Source: Eledone cirrhosa (lineage: Eukaryota). Taken from it: a stretch of 64,000 bases of DNA. Numbering within the stretch: position 1 is the stretch's first letter; every line of letters begins with the position of its first letter. Both the position numbers and the translations under genes were made by a program. The stretch lies in NCBI GenBank assembly GCA_964016885.1, contig OZ024742.1, positions 30,008,001 to 30,072,000 of the forward strand. The letters are read 5' to 3'. This document shows, in pieces, positions 28,799 through 42,263 of this stretch. The notes below the pieces were generated by a model. That model had not been told where the DNA came from. It ran no database searches and saw nothing but the letters and a program-made list of their open reading frames with translations.

Positions 28799-28832
28799 CA
28801 TATATATACATATATCTATATATATATATATA

Positions 28833-28872
<40 letters not shown>

Positions 28873-28970
28873 TTTATACATATATATACATATATATACA
28901 TATGTATATATATGCATATATATATGTATATATATATATATATGTATATATATATGCATATATATATATG

Positions 28971-29003
<33 letters not shown>

Positions 29004-29006
29004 GTA

Positions 29007-29130
<124 letters not shown>

Positions 29131-29134
29131 AAAG

Positions 29135-29380
29135 GAACGATCGACTTTCGTCAAATCGTAAAAGGAACGATCGACTTTCGTCAAATCGGATCGAGGGAAC
29201 AATGTTTCCGTTGGTCTTTCCAATTGCTAATACTATTTATCGGTCGCAACTCCAGGTAGAAGGAGCAACGTGAAATAAAGTGTCTTGCTCAAGGACATAA
29301 CGCATCGCCTGGTCCAGAAATCGAACTCACAACCTTACGATTGCGAATCCAATTCTCTAACCACTCAGCCACACGCCTTC
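29135..29380 (-). mobile_element. tRNA-derived SINE (family 2) with duplicated 3' end
   Basis: Matches 9062-9276; AAAAGGAACGATCGACTTTCGTCAAATCG is duplicated. Confidence 0.85.
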
Positions 29381-29398
29381 ATATATATATATACATAC

Positions 29399-29435
<37 letters not shown>

Positions 29436-29484
29436 CATATATTTTTACATATATATATATATATATATATACATATATTTATAC

Positions 29485-29565
<81 letters not shown>

Positions 29566-29621
29566 TATATATATATATATACATATATTTATACATATAT
29601 ATACATATATATATATATGCA

Positions 29622-29693
<72 letters not shown>

Positions 29694-29724
29694 CATATAT
29701 ATTTATACATATATATACATATAC

Positions 29725-30062
<338 letters not shown>

Positions 30063-30244
30063 ATACAATAACAGAGATAGTTTAAAGCTAAACTCTGACT
30101 GGTAACCATCTCCCTCAACAAACATTAGGTTATATTTAAATTAAAACCCAATTTAAGTGTTTGGGGTGCTAACAATATGTATAATGTGGAAAAACCAGTT
30201 GTATTATTTTATGAGATATAATTAAAGTTAAACTATATCTCTCT

Positions 30245-30369
30245 TTCCAAACAATTGTTTCATTATAAGTTTTCTACAAGTTGGGAAAATATTTCTAGTT
30301 TATGTAGAAGCCTAATATATATTCATGTAAGAATATATTTAGGTGGGCGCTTATAAATCATCAGTGGAA
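30245..30369 (-). ncRNA. Type I hammerhead ribozyme with extended domain II (paralogue of 448-570)
   Basis: TTCCA-CTGATGA-TTTATAAG...CTTATAAT-GAAAC-AATT-GTT^TGGAA. Confidence 0.75.
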
Positions 30370-30829
30370 GCCCGTTAAACTTTGATATAAGAAAAGAATT
30401 TCTGACCGCTGTCAAAAACCGTGTCTGTTAAGTTGCTCCTTCTCGCCTCGAATGACCGCCAAATTTGAAATTCCAGCAGTTTTTGACTGAGGAAGTTTTT
30501 TTGAAAACATTATCAATCCAACGTGTTAAGAACTCAATTGAAAATAAAAAAAATATAAATATATGCTTGTATAAATTACACACGCATATAGATATTTTCT
30601 TAGGCTAAATCAGAAGTTGTACCCGAATAAGAACCGCATCTCATAACCGCAGTAAATACAGAAAGTTATGCTTTAAAGGGCAAATGGGAATGTAAATCTC
30701 CGGCCGAATTAAGAGTAAAATATAAAACACACGCGGGTTAATTAGTTATTTCAAAACCAATATTAATTCCTCGTGTAAAGAACTCAATTAATAAAAGAAA
30801 ATAAATGTATGCATGTAATTATATACATA

Positions 30830-30872
<43 letters not shown>

Positions 30873-30875
<3 letters not shown>

Positions 30876-30975
30876 ATGGAAATGTGGTAAGGAACCAGGT
30901 GGACCATAACGCACCAAAGTACTCAATATATATTCGAAACGGCTTGAGCTCAGCCGTCGGGGTCCTACTCGTTCC
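30873..30975. mobile_element. Mini two-ended PLE family A insertion
   Basis: The left part is the tail in minus orientation; the right part is the pLTR in plus orientation, ending GTTCC|TA. Confidence 0.8.
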
Positions 30976-31880
30976 TATATATATATACATATATATATGC
31001 ATATATATATATATACATATATATATATGCATATATATATATATATATATATGCATATATATATATATATGCATATATATACGGGTAACATACTCTAGAT
31101 ATTAGTTATAACTTCACATGATAGGCACGTATTTGAATCACCATTAATGTAGTTTAGCATAGTAATGTAACTAAGATAACTAGCTAGTTACCTCCCCTTA
31201 CGCATTAATTCCCCTTAGTCATTCAGGCACTTCCGGAATCTGGACAGCATGATATATTAATTAAGAACCGACTGGATACGGTTTATAGCTTGACTATATG
31301 CTGAACCACTGCGAATTATACGATAGATGCGTGTTCTCTATATATATTGCGTCTCATGGATTATGTAAGTGGTGGTGTGAGCAAGGACAGTGGTACGACC
31401 TTGCCTACGATACAATAAGGTTTATAGTATGTTGAAGGTTTTTGATATTTTGGTGTTTCCCCGCATCCGAGACTGTATATCATACAGATGTATGAGAATA
31501 AATGACTTAATAATTCAGCCTATATAATAAGATCGATTGCCTGCTTCAACTGCCTGACCCTGCAAATATCATTCTGACGCACTCTAATCATGTATAGATA
31601 AGACACGCGTGCATGCTACACGGGAGATTGTTTCTTACACTGACTACTCTAAGCTTTCCTCTTGCTTTATCTTCATAGACTGCCAACGCTTCATGTTTAT
31701 CTTTATTTTCACTCTTATTTTCACTCTTGTTTTTATTTTATTTTATTTTTATCCTGTAACCTTTATATGTAAATTGCCATGCTATATCATTTGATGAATG
31801 TCGCCCCACTGTTGATCAATATGCGCATATGTTTTATGTGTCTCTTGGGTTGAAAAGGAGGTCAAGTATGTTATAAATAG

Positions 31881-31929
31881 TTGCTCAGAAGAATCCAAAC
31901 CTCGGTTTGGAGGAAACAATTGTAAGCAA
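31881..31929 (+). ncRNA. Minimal hammerhead variant (core CAGAAGA)
   Basis: TTGCT-CAGAAGA-ATCCAAAC CTCG GTTTGGAG-GAAAC-AATT-GTA^AGCAA. Confidence 0.7.
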
Positions 31930-31987
31930 ATAAATGACTTAAACTGAACTTTGATTACTGTAATCTCTCTCTCTATATATATATATA

Positions 31988-32206
<219 letters not shown>

Positions 32207-32910
32207 TCATATCTATTGAGCGCTCGCCAACACAAATCGGAAGTTGCGTTTCGCTAATTTCTACACGTCGAAATGCGATTCTCGCTAAATGTATATTTGT
32301 ATTAACCTCCCAAGTCTAGCTATTAACCAGTTAAATTTTTTTATTTGTTTAGTTAATTCTATTGACTTAATCGCTTAATTTTATTTTTAAAACTACTCAG
32401 TCGAGAGCTTAATACGTTTTGTGCTACTTTTGCAAATTTTTGCAATGACTACACATACTGAATTCATTTGCCAAAAACTATCCCCCCCCCCCCTTGGAGT
32501 TCACATGTGCTTTCGAACACTGTGAGATCCTGGCGCAGAACAAAATACCTGTTGAGAAAGTGATATCCTTGTTCGATCATTATACCAAAAGCTTATTATT
32601 TTTTATAAGCAGACATTGATTTAGGTGTCGCAGAAACCCTATATCGGATTATACCATCTTCCCACGGGGTCCGGGTAAATATTTCAATCATATCTTATTT
32701 TGTTTCACCCGTTTAGCTTGTTCGCTTCTTTGGCTTAGGTGGTTAATGGCTTCTTAACCATCGTCTCAGTTTTGTATGGCCTTTATAACTTATGTTTATA
32801 GCTCTGGTCTCTTCATATCCATTGAGCGCTTGCCAACACAATTCGGAAGTTGAGTTTCGCAAATTTCTACTCGCCCAAAAGTGATTCTCGCTAAATGTAT
32901 ATTTGTATAT
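32207..32910. repeat. Second copy of unclassified ~605-bp repeat with ~100-bp terminal direct repeats
   Basis: 32207-32303 resembles 32812-32909; homologous to 7983-8625. Confidence 0.65.
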
Positions 32911-32921
32911 TCATATATTTG

Positions 32922-33119
<198 letters not shown>

Positions 33120-33152
33120 CATATATATGTATGCATATATATGTATGTATAT

Positions 33153-33246
<94 letters not shown>

Positions 33247-33298
33247 GTATGTATATATATATATATGTATAGATATATATGTATATATATATGTATAC

Positions 33299-33355
<57 letters not shown>

Positions 33356-33376
33356 ATATATGTATACATATGTATG

Positions 33377-33493
<117 letters not shown>

Positions 33494-33518
33494 ACATATG
33501 TATATATATATATATATT

Positions 33519-35100
33519 TTGCTGAAATGCTGAAAGCTTCTGGAACGGTGGGACACACCATGGTCACCCGGATAGTAAACCAAGTCATACAGAATGGGGT
33601 TGTTCCGAAGGACTGGCGTAGCAGCATCATCTTAACTGCTACAAGCGTAAAGGAGATTCCCTAGATAGGAGTAACTATAGAGGCATTAAATTAATCGACC
33701 AGGTCATGAAGGTCACAGAAAAAGTAATAGCGCAACTAATCAGAGAGAGAATTGATCTAGATGAAATGCAGTTCGGGTTTGTGTCAAGTAAAAGTACCAC
33801 AGACGCTCTTTTCATTGTACGACAACTACAGGAGAAGTACCTAGCTAAAAGTAAACCCCTATACTTAGCTTTTGTCGACTTGGAGAAAGCTTTCGACAGA
33901 GTCCCCCGTTCCATTATCTGGTGGGCTCTTAGAAAACTAGGTGTTGATGAATGGCTTCTGAGAGCTATACAAGCCATGTATAAAGAAACAGTCAGCAAGG
34001 TTAGAATTAACAACGAATATAGTGAAGAGTTTAGCGTAAAAGTTGGTGTTCATCAGGGCTCCGTTCTTAGCCCCCTACTATTTATTATTGCCCTTCAGGC
34101 TATAACAGTGGAGTTCAAGACCGGCTGCCCATGGGAACTCCTATACGCAGATGATCTAACGCTCATAGCTGAATCAATGACCGAACTAGAGAAGAAATTC
34201 CAAACATGGAAGCATGGCCTAGAATCAAAAGGCCTTAAAATTAACCTGTCTAAGACTAAAGTTCTAGTTTGTAGGAAGGAAAATAGGGCGCCGGTCCCAT
34301 CCGGGAAATGGCCATGCTCAGTATGTAGGAAAGGAGTAGGTAGAAACTCCATTTTATGTCCCAAATGCAAAGTATGGGTGCATAAAAGATGTAGTGGGAT
34401 CACAGGTAAGCTAACTAAGAACATAGATTTTATATGTGGCCGGTGCTCTGGTGCAATAAGTAGCAGCAAGTGACCACAGAATACTAGCTCATTCCATTGC
34501 ACAGATGGTTCTATAGAAATAGTGGACAGCTTCCTTTACCTGGGTGACAAAATCAGCAGTGGGGGAGGGTGCTCTGAAAGTACAGTAGCTAGAGTTAGAA
34601 CTGGATGGAAAAGGTTCAGAGAGCTTATACCACTATTAGCCGCTAAAGGGTTCTCCCTAAAAATAAAAGGCAGGCTGTATGATACCTGCATACGAACAGC
34701 AATGTTACATGGCAGTGAGACCTGGGCATTGTGTGCAGAGGATATACGCAGATTGGAGAGGAACGAAGCTTGCATGCTCCGCTGGATGTGTAATAGTAAT
34801 ATACGTGAACGGCAAAGCATAAACGAACTAAGGGAAAAATTTGAAATAAGAGGGATCAGATGTTGTTTACTCGAGAGAAGACTACGTTGGTATGGTCACG
34901 TGATGCGCATGAAAGACGACAGCTGTATAAAAAAGTGCAGGGCAATAAAAATAGACGATAGCCACGGAGTAGGCAGACTCAGAAAAACCTGGGACGACTT
35001 GATAAATTCCGACCTCACACGCTTACACCTCTCCAAGACAATGTCACTGGACCGAGATCTTTGGCGCTACACAGTAATAGAGAAGACCCGCCTTACCTAA
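33519..35100 (+). pseudogene. RTE reverse transcriptase with inserted PHD-like Cys-rich finger
   Basis: FVDLEKAFDRV, GVHQGSVLSP, LYADDL, CSVC...CPKC...HKRC...CGRC and FLYLG motifs. Frameshift near 33635 and an in-frame TGA at 34471. Confidence 0.9.
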
Positions 35101-35209
35101 GTACAAAGTGAAACCTACTACAGTCAGTAGGCACCTCTAACAAAATACACCCCGTCCCACTACCCCCACCCCATCCTCACCACCCCTTTCAATGTAAAGT
35201 TATGTTGGT

Positions 35210-35389
35210 GGATTGGCTGTATCGGTAGAGGGTCGGACGCCATACTTTGAAGCATAGAGTTACGGCCCTTGCCATTCTGAGTTCAAATCCCGCCGAGATT
35301 AACTTTGCCTTTCATCCTTACGGGGTCGATAAAATAAAGTAGCAGTAATGCACTGGGTAATTGCTGGCCTTGTGCCTAAATGTAGAAAC
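35210..35389 (+). mobile_element. Family-1 SINE nested in the RTE 3' UTR with a 12-bp TSD
   Basis: AGTTATGTTGGT occurs at 35198-35209 and 35390-35401. Confidence 0.9.
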
Positions 35390-35796
35390 AGTTATGTTGG
35401 TACCACAACATCCAGCCCGAAATAAATGAAGTCGTGTAGGTGTCACGATAAAACACACAGTCCACGCTGTAATGTGGCCGTGTAGGCAACACGGTAAAAA
35501 CCTCCCAGTCTCACACTGTAAATGTGGTTGGTGTTAGGAAGGGCATCCAGCTGTAGAAAACCCGCCAGACAGTCCTATACGAGCAAGACAACCACTCTTG
35601 CCTCAAGTTGGAAAACTCCCGTCCAAACCCATACAGGCGTGGAATATGGACGTTAAACGATGATGATGATGATATATATATGTATATATATGAATATATA
35701 TATATATATGTATACATATGTATATATATATATAATATATATATATATATATGTATACATATGTATATATATATTTTTTTTTTTTTTTTTTTTTTT

Positions 35797-36008
35797 GCGA
35801 TCGACTTTCCTCAAATCGGACCGAGGAAACAATGTTTCCATCGGTCTTTCCAGTTGCTAGTACTATCTATCGGTCGCAACTCCAGGTAGAAGGAGCAACG
35901 TGAAATAAAATGTCTTGCTCAAGGACATAACGCATCGATCGGTCCAGGACTCGAACTCACAACCTCTAGATTGTGAATCCAATTCTCTAACCACTCAGCC
36001 ACACGCCT
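35797..36008 (-). mobile_element. tRNA-derived SINE (family 2)
   Basis: Matches 9062-9276; poly(A) tail on the minus strand. Confidence 0.85.
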
Positions 36009-36210
36009 GTATATGTATATATATGTATACATGTTGTATTTTAACCTGTATTTTTGATTTTTGATTGTACCTTTTAATATGAATGTAATCTCGAAGTGTG
36101 TACTGCCACTCTAAATTCTGTAATGAATGTTGACCCACAATATTTGCATATGTATCGGTATGCCTCTTGGCTGAAAAGGGGGTCATATAACTGTCCATTC
36201 ATTAATAAAT

Positions 36211-36257
36211 TACTCCGAAGAATCCAAACCTCGGTTTGGAGGAAACAGCTGTAAGCA
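36211..36257 (+). ncRNA. Minimal hammerhead variant (core CCGAAGA), paralogue of 31881-31929
   Basis: Identical stem II; GAAAC-AGCT-GTA^AGCA; one mismatch in stem I. Confidence 0.55.
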
Positions 36258-36316
36258 CAATAATGTTTTGAACAGTTCTTTGATTCTTATATTTCATATA
36301 TTTCATATATGTATAC

Positions 36317-36384
<68 letters not shown>

Positions 36385-36458
36385 ATGTGTGTGTGTGTGT
36401 GTGTGGGTGGGTGTGTGTGTGTGTGTACATATGCATATATATATATATATATGTATAC

Positions 36459-36536
<78 letters not shown>

Positions 36537-36588
36537 GTATATATGTATATATAGGTATACATATGTATATATATATATTTATATATAT

Positions 36589-37002
36589 AAGCGTTTGAAT
36601 ATGTGTAATAAAGCCAAAACAATGCAGGTATGGACATAGAAAAAAGAATGCAATTGTAAAAGATATTGTTGACAATTCGTCCTTTACCTTAGATTTATTT
36701 AAATGTCCTTAATTTTCGAGATAATATCTCTTCTTGAGAGGGAAATAAAGGTCACAAACCAGCGTTCTAAATATCTTGCCAAGCCATGCTGACAGGAAAT
36801 AGTATAGAGTATCTGTTCTATCTCTAATGTCAAAGAGTTAAAATTAGGTGGATAAAGAGTAAAGGACGAATTGTCAACAATATCTTTTACAATTGCATTC
36901 TTTTTTCTATGTCCATACCTGCATTGTTTTGGCTTTATTACACATATTCAAACGTTTATACCTCATTACACAATGCTTCAAGTGAACTATAACCTCCTCA
37001 TT
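36589..37002 (+). mobile_element. Fold-back element: ~99-bp inverted repeats (36589-36687 / 36859-36957) plus ~45-nt one-sided tail, in (TA)n
   Basis: The inverted repeat is seen directly; the architecture matches the PLE mini-insertions. Confidence 0.65.
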
Positions 37003-37166
37003 TATATATATATATATACATATGTATATATATATATATATATATGTATACATATGTATATATATATACATATATATATGTATACATATGTATATATATA
37101 TATATACATATGTATATGTCGATCCAATTTGGATTGCCTCGGAAACATAACTTTATTATGTAACAA

Positions 37167-37240
37167 GCTGTCTGATGATGACACGACACTCGCACACAGA
37201 ACAGTGTGGCCAGTGTCGTCACTGAAATATATATCACAGC
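37167..37240 (+). ncRNA. Type I hammerhead ribozyme in a short insertion (37117-37295)
   Basis: GCTGT-CTGATGA-..ACGACACT...AGTGTCGT..-GAAAT-ATAT-ATC^ACAGC. Confidence 0.85.
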
Positions 37241-37292
37241 ATTATTATTAAAGTACTTGAACATCTGAAACTACTTCGCTTTTCCTTATTCG

Positions 37293-37326
<34 letters not shown>

Positions 37327-37329
<3 letters not shown>

Positions 37330-40070
37330 TAAACGGAATAGAAAATGCTGACAAATTGTTCACAGTTGAAAAATGGTTTAATTAGGAATAAAAGAGTATT
37401 AGTAATTGTATGGGTTAGTATTCTGTTGTGGTTTTAAGTTTTTAAGTTTTTACCGGTTGCGCATTTCTAAATGCTTTTCAAAAATAATTTTGAGACAGAG
37501 TGTCCGTGCTGTTTGCTCTGATCTGATTAGTTTTGGGAATTCTACCTGTTTTACAACCACCAACCCGAACCACATTTTACAACAACAAGGAATATAACAA
37601 ACACAGGAGACCACATAACATCAGCAGACAACCCCTCTACTCCAACCATTTTTTAGACACAGCACACAGATACAGGCAAACAAAATAACACAAAACAGGG
37701 AGGAGAAACCGATAGTAATAAAAATTATCAATCTTACTGGTGCAGAACCAACACCCAACCTTATCAACTTACTCTCCAAAGGTCTTAAATTCACACCGAC
37801 CCACTACGTCCTAACTACTATGAAATGAAGGAAGACATCACAGACTTCTGTAGAAAGTTACGACTTAGTGAACAACTATTCGACCAGTACAATGAGGATG
37901 AATCATTAGCCAGAAATAGAAGCAATTACACCCCTTCAAAAGGTAGAAATAAAATCCTGGACGAATTCTGTGAACACATCACAAACTTCCCTTACCAACA
38001 CTTGCACAGACAAAAACACAAGCCAAACCTCAGCAAGAAAGAATGGGAAGAATTAAATAGATTAAAAACCGACAGAACCATTACAATTAAAGAGGCTGAT
38101 AAAGGGAGTACAGTAGTCTTAATGGAGACAGAATTCTATATCAACTTAGCGCTCTCCACTTTGGAAAACGAAACATACTACGAAAAGGCTGAACACTACA
38201 ATCAACAGAAAATCATGAGAAACCTAAAAACTCTAATCAACCAATACAAAGAAAGACTCACTAACAAGGAATTCAGCTTCATCACAGACTTCACAAGTAA
38301 ATCCAGCCTTTTCTACGGTATCCCTAAAGTACATAAAAGCGAATCAATAAGTAAGGCATGCAAGGAAGCCACAGACATAGTCATCAATGTCCCCTCACCC
38401 AATGATCTCAAATTAAGACCTATAATAGCAGGCCCCGCTTGCGAAACCCACCACCTTAGCAACTTCATTGATACCCTTCTCAAACCCTTCCTCAAACACA
38501 TCAAAAGCTATATAAGGGACGACCTAGATATGCTCAATCACCTCCCTAATATGCCACTTTCTGAACAAACCCTACTAGTGACGTTTGATGTAGTCAACCT
38601 ATACTCCAACATCCCCCACAACCTAGGAATAGAAGCTATCCAATTCTGGCTGGATAATTACCACAATGAACTCCCACAACGCATCAAAAAGAATTCGTGA
38701 TAGAGGGACTCAAATTTATCTTGGAGAACAATTACTTCGATTTCAATAACAAACCCTACAGGCAGACATCTGGGACCGCTATGGGAACGAAAACAGCCCC
38801 CACTTATGCCAACCTAGTCATGGGATACCTGGAAATCATCCTCTACACTAAAGTCCTAAACAAATTTGGAAACACCCTCCACTTACACATTGAAAGGAAC
38901 TGGAAGCGATATCTAGATGACTGCTTCATCCTTTGGCACGAAAACATCGAAAAACTTAAAGAATTTCACACCCTTATAAATGGGCTCAACACGAATATTA
39001 ACTTCACGATGGAATACAGCCATCAACAACTCCCCTTCCTTGACATCCTCATTAAGATCCATAACAAAAAATAGAAACAGACATATACTACAAGCCCACA
39101 GACTCCAAGCAATATCTCCCTTTCAACTCTTGCCACCCTAGACACGTTAAAATTAATATTCCCTACAACTTAGCCAAGAGAATCTGTACTATAGTCTCCA
39201 ATAAAAACATCTGCTACTTACGGCTACAAGAACTAAAGGACACACTCATAGGCAGGGACTACCCTGCATCACTAATTGACAATGGAATCCAACGTGCCCT
39301 AAAACTCAGTACCCAGGACCTTAGACACCCTAAAGTAAATCAACCGAAACTAAAAGCTCTTCCACACACAACCCCCTCAACAATGAGGCCTTTGACACCA
39401 TCCTCCAGAACATCCCTGTGTTGAAAAAGGACCATAGAATGAACCAAATCCTACGAACACACGATATCATAAAGAGCAAAAGACAATCCAAGTCAATGAA
39501 AAACATCCTAACACATGCCAAAGTACTGCCAACCACAACAACGAAACCCACAGTAAAAAAATGCGATAGACCCAACTGTGGCATTTGCATCAACTTAATA
39601 GAGGGTTCGGAATTCTATTTCAAAGAAGGACAACGTTTTATAGTAAAACACAATTTCACATGTGCATCGGTAAATCTAATATATGTATTAACTTGCTCAG
39701 GTTGTCGAGAACAATACATAGGCCAGACCAAAAACAGCCTCCGCCAACGCATGACTGTCCATAGATCCCAAATTAAAATACGGGAATACAGGAAAATACC
39801 ACTGAGTGAACACATTGATACCTGTGCCGCCCAAAATCATCCCAACTTCAGAATCTTTCCCCTCTACAAATTTAAAGATAATGCCACCCACACCCAGCGC
39901 ATCAGCAAGGAATCTTACTTCATTAACAAATACGGACCCCGTCTAAACACTTCTCCCTAAGACGAACCCACAACATACACGCATCAACATACATACCTAC
40001 ATCAGCACACATCTCTACCCACATATAAACACAATGACATACGTAAACACACATGCTCTATGGTGTGCGC
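37327..40070 (+). mobile_element. Neptune-like Penelope element
   Basis: Terminal repeat segment 37327-37524 (copies at 870, 29830 and 47083) followed by a disrupted RT/EN ORF. The 3' boundary is uncertain. Confidence 0.85.
37720..39960 (+). pseudogene. PLE RT + CxxxxCxxC linker + GIY-YIG (several frameshifts)
   Basis: LLSKGLKFTPT, ADKG, FYGIPKVHK, FDVVNLYSNI, GTAMGT, RYLDD, FLDI, CDRPNCGIC and LIY...YIGQT motifs. Confidence 0.92.
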
Positions 40071-40916
40071 AGAAATATAGAAATAGAAAGGAGAAGCAAA
40101 AGAGAGTTATGGTTTTCGTATCCACCACCATTTTCACATTCAGGAAATGTAATATATAGTTTATACATCCATCCCATAATTAACGATGATTCCGTATTGG
40201 ATGTTTGATGCATTAAATTAAATTAGTTTAGCTTATTGCGGCTCAGTGTTCATTAATCCAATTTTATAGGGTAGGTTGTTGCCGTTGCGATAATTTACAT
40301 CGGTTTATTATCCGGAAGTATGTGTGTAATTAAGGGGGGTTAATGCGTAAGGGGAGGTAACTAGCTGATTTCCATAACTAAATTATTGTTTAACATACAT
40401 TATCAGGTGTCTCAATTGAGTCCCTTCTATAGACGGTTATATATTTATATCCAGTTTCCAACTTTAAACACATTCTACTCTATCATGATGTACTAAAGGT
40501 ATTTATATTAGGATGATTACTCCCTATCATTTACAATGTCATTAATCTATCCATCAAGTTGTACCTGCATATATAACTCCCTTCCCATTCATACATAATT
40601 CATTGCACTCAACATATAGGTTATACAGATCTCTTATGTTAATAAATTAATCTTATATATATCCAATGTTATCACTTCATACTTACAAATACATTTTCAA
40701 AAATAATTCATTGTCGAATCTGGTGTTTAAAGCTTACATAGACTGTATTGTATAATTATAAGTGATACCCCCTGAACACCCACCCCTAGTATAACCACCC
40801 TCAACTACTATATAATTATAAGCAGTTGAAAGTAATTACCCCAAAAGTAGGTGCCCATGGGGACATTTCTAGGGTATAAAGTTATAGGCAAATGGAATGA
40901 TTTGTGTTGAGATAGG

Positions 40917-40986
<70 letters not shown>

Positions 40987-40989
<3 letters not shown>

Positions 40990-41560
40990 AAGAATTACAT
41001 ATACATAAAGTCATAGATATATATGTGGCAACCGGTCACGTTGTGGCTCAATGAAGAATTAATAAATTAAATAATCAGAGCAATATATCATAAATCATGT
41101 CCTTAGAATTATTAGATAAAATATATACCATTTCCTCTCCCAATTGCCATAATTAACCATATAAAAAATCAATTAGACTAGGCTATAAGAATAAAAGCTC
41201 CTATGAAGAAATATTTGACAAATAACCGAAAGCGGCCTCTTCGCGGTGGCCCCAATAGAGTATTTATCCAACACTTCAACAGCATGTAGAAACTGACTAA
41301 ATATACCGTCAACCATACACAATTAGGTGTAAATTTAAACTTAGAAGAAACGTGTACATACCGTAATTACATCTCTACCATGGTTTCGTCCGTATTTTTA
41401 GATATCCTATTGTTAGGATGACCTAGAGTAACATACTCTTCAGGAGACAAACTCAAGATTGGACAGTTAATTTTCCAAAGCAATCGCGCCAAAAATGGAT
41501 TCAAAAATGGCTAAGAATCTTGACGTGGCAGTGATCAAGTTAGAAAGAATGTGATTAGTT
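40987..41560 (-). mobile_element. PLE pLTR remnant with ~95-nt tail
   Basis: Reverse complement of 1100-1577, plus extra tail at 40987-41080. Confidence 0.7.
41370..41449 (-). ncRNA. Type I hammerhead ribozyme (paralogue of 1214-1292)
   Basis: TGTCTC-CTGAAGA-GT...AC-GAAAC-CATG-GTA^GAGATG. Confidence 0.75.
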
Positions 41561-41578
41561 GCGTCTGTATACATATAT

Positions 41579-42197
41579 GTTTGTTTACAAACACACCGAG
41601 CATTATAATAAATGTTCGGTGAATCCATACGTACATATGTGTGCATGTATGTATATATATATACATACTACTGTACGTCTGTATACATATATGTATGTAC
41701 GTGTACATACTTATATTTAAGTAACAGCCGTACTAAGAGTGGGAAATGAAATTTTGTTTCATTTTTTTCGTTTATCGTTTTCGGTGCACCCGGCCGATTA
41801 ACCCACTCGATATGCATATTGGGCTACTCAGCCGTTAATATGCATAAGGAAAGTATATACTTTCAGACGTTCAACAATCTGGCAGGAAGGTATACGTTGC
41901 TGACGATAGCTAATAAACTTGAAACTAGTACAGCGTTCCTTTGTCAGTGTTGAACAAACGAGCAACGATGGTTGCTAGACACTACGGCTTAATACGGGAT
42001 GTTTGTTTACAAACACACCGAGCATTATAATAAATGTTCGGTGAATCCATACGTACATATATATATGTGTGCATGTATGTATATATATATACATACTACT
42101 GTGCGTCTGTATACATATATGTATGTACGTGTACATACTTATAATTAAGTAACAGCCGTACTAAGAGTGGGAAATGAAATTTCGTTTCATTTTTTCC
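41579..42197. repeat. ~195-bp direct repeats (41579-41770 / 42001-42197) around a ~230-bp spacer
   Basis: Seen directly. Confidence 0.8.
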
Positions 42198-42198
42198 G

Positions 42199-42261
<63 letters not shown>

Positions 42262-42263
<2 letters not shown>

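Larger units (their letters stand above)
33519..35672 (+). mobile_element. 5'-truncated RTE-clade LINE, 3' UTR ending in (GAT)n
   Basis: RT motifs, a C-terminal GRLRKTW motif and a 3' end GGACGTTAAACGATGATGAT. Confidence 0.9.

Noticed and set aside
31085-31260. Segment shared in reverse with 40305-40375 as a defined element
   Set aside because: The similarity is real but too short to assign boundaries or class.
34471-34473. In-frame TGA in the RTE ORF as recoding
   Set aside because: The element is truncated and frameshifted, so a simple nonsense mutation is more likely.
41225-41260. GCC-TCTTCGC-GGT resembling HDV ribozyme P3/L3
   Set aside because: P1.1, P4 and J4/2 could not be formed.
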